Below, in pieces: positions 63,545 through 64,000 of a stretch of 64,000 nt of DNA; the first letter of the stretch is position 1; each line of letters starts with the position of its first letter. The notes beneath the pieces were generated by a model. The model was not told where the DNA came from. It was given only the letters and a program-made list of their open reading frames with translations, and made no database searches. The position numbers were made by a program, and so were the translations under genes. The DNA lies in NCBI GenBank assembly GCA_973895155.1, contig OZ316899.1, positions 7,753,241 through 7,817,240 of the forward strand, in the 5' to 3' direction. The stretch comes from Marsupella aquatica (lineage: Eukaryota > Plantae > Marchantiophyta).

Positions 63545-64000
63545 ATGGGTGACTATGACAAAGTCGATCGGATATCGAGCATCGTCATGTCGATGATGAG
63601 AACCATAAGGAAGGAAGAGCTTGAGTCGGAAAGGGCGAACAGGGAAGCAAATAGAACTACTCGGTGTCTCCAAGAGGTTCTGAAGGAGAATGGGCAGTAC
63701 GATGGGAGAAATGTGACAAGCTACCTTAAGTCTTACTTGACAGAAGCAACTGTCTACAAGTTGGATGAAGGGACAGCCGTGAAAGAGTTCATGGTGCTGG
63801 TCGAGAAGGAGTTGAGTTTGACGGTACGGACCATCGTTGAGTCAGCTGAGGGCTGGGATGACTTCGACTAGAAGATGAAAGAGGAGTTCCAAGCGGAGGA
63901 TGCTGATTGGGTCACGCAGGCTACCTTCTTGGATTGGGTGAATGAGAGGAACAAGAAGCTGAAGGGGCCGCAAGAGCTCCTAAGGGAGTTCAAGAGAAGG
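63545..64000 (+). pseudogene. Gag N-terminus of element F
   Basis: Follows the PBS. GQYDGRNVTSYLKSY...WDDFD*KMKEEF. Confidence 0.65.

Larger units (their letters stand above)
14258..64000 (+). mobile_element. Ty3/Gypsy element F: split 5' LTR (14258-14940 + 63376-63503), PBS, gag start
   Basis: TGTCG...CGACA termini. PBS TGGCGACCATACTGG (tRNA-Arg-like) at 63505, followed by a gag-like ORF. Confidence 0.7.

Noticed and set aside
83-63871. Numerous short antisense or overlapping ORFs in the track
   Set aside because: Shadows of the long transposon ORFs in GC-rich, low-complexity sequence.

Overview
Repeat-dense eukaryotic DNA from a land plant (GT-AG introns, TTTAGGG motifs; a bryophyte-like host is my inference). 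I see no clear host gene. The window is a stack of nested transposons. (1) The base layer is a decayed CACTA/En-Spm-like gene (11.4-14.3 kb). (2) Ty3/Gypsy element A (<1-11376) and Gypsy element F (14258->64000) are inserted into it. (3) Deleted Gypsy element D (14941-63370) sits in F's 5' LTR. (4) Solo LTR E (15114-56266) sits in D's 3' LTR. (5) A giant Mutator-like DNA transposon (MULE, 15689-52656, 9-bp TSD GCAATGAGT, ~18.5 kb net of inserts) sits in E. (6) Solo LTR B (28782-33441) and full-length Gypsy element C (34498-48247) interrupt the MULE transposase. Two systems stand out. First, the MULE carries a six-exon (now pseudogenised) gene fusing a ParB/Srx-like domain, a beta-class N4C/N6A DNA-methyltransferase-like fold and a Ulp1 SUMO protease. 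It also carries two F-box-like genes, and dozens of copies of one spaced palindrome (TCTCRG-N9-CYGAGA) in its introns, arrays, subtermini and even coding repeats. This suggests a parS/ParB-like, self-targeting chromatin or anti-silencing module. Second, five Gypsy insertions have 3.8-4.7 kb LTRs that each contain a long ORF with a plant-mobile-domain-like region. All domain calls are by-eye motif recognition and need HMM or structure confirmation.
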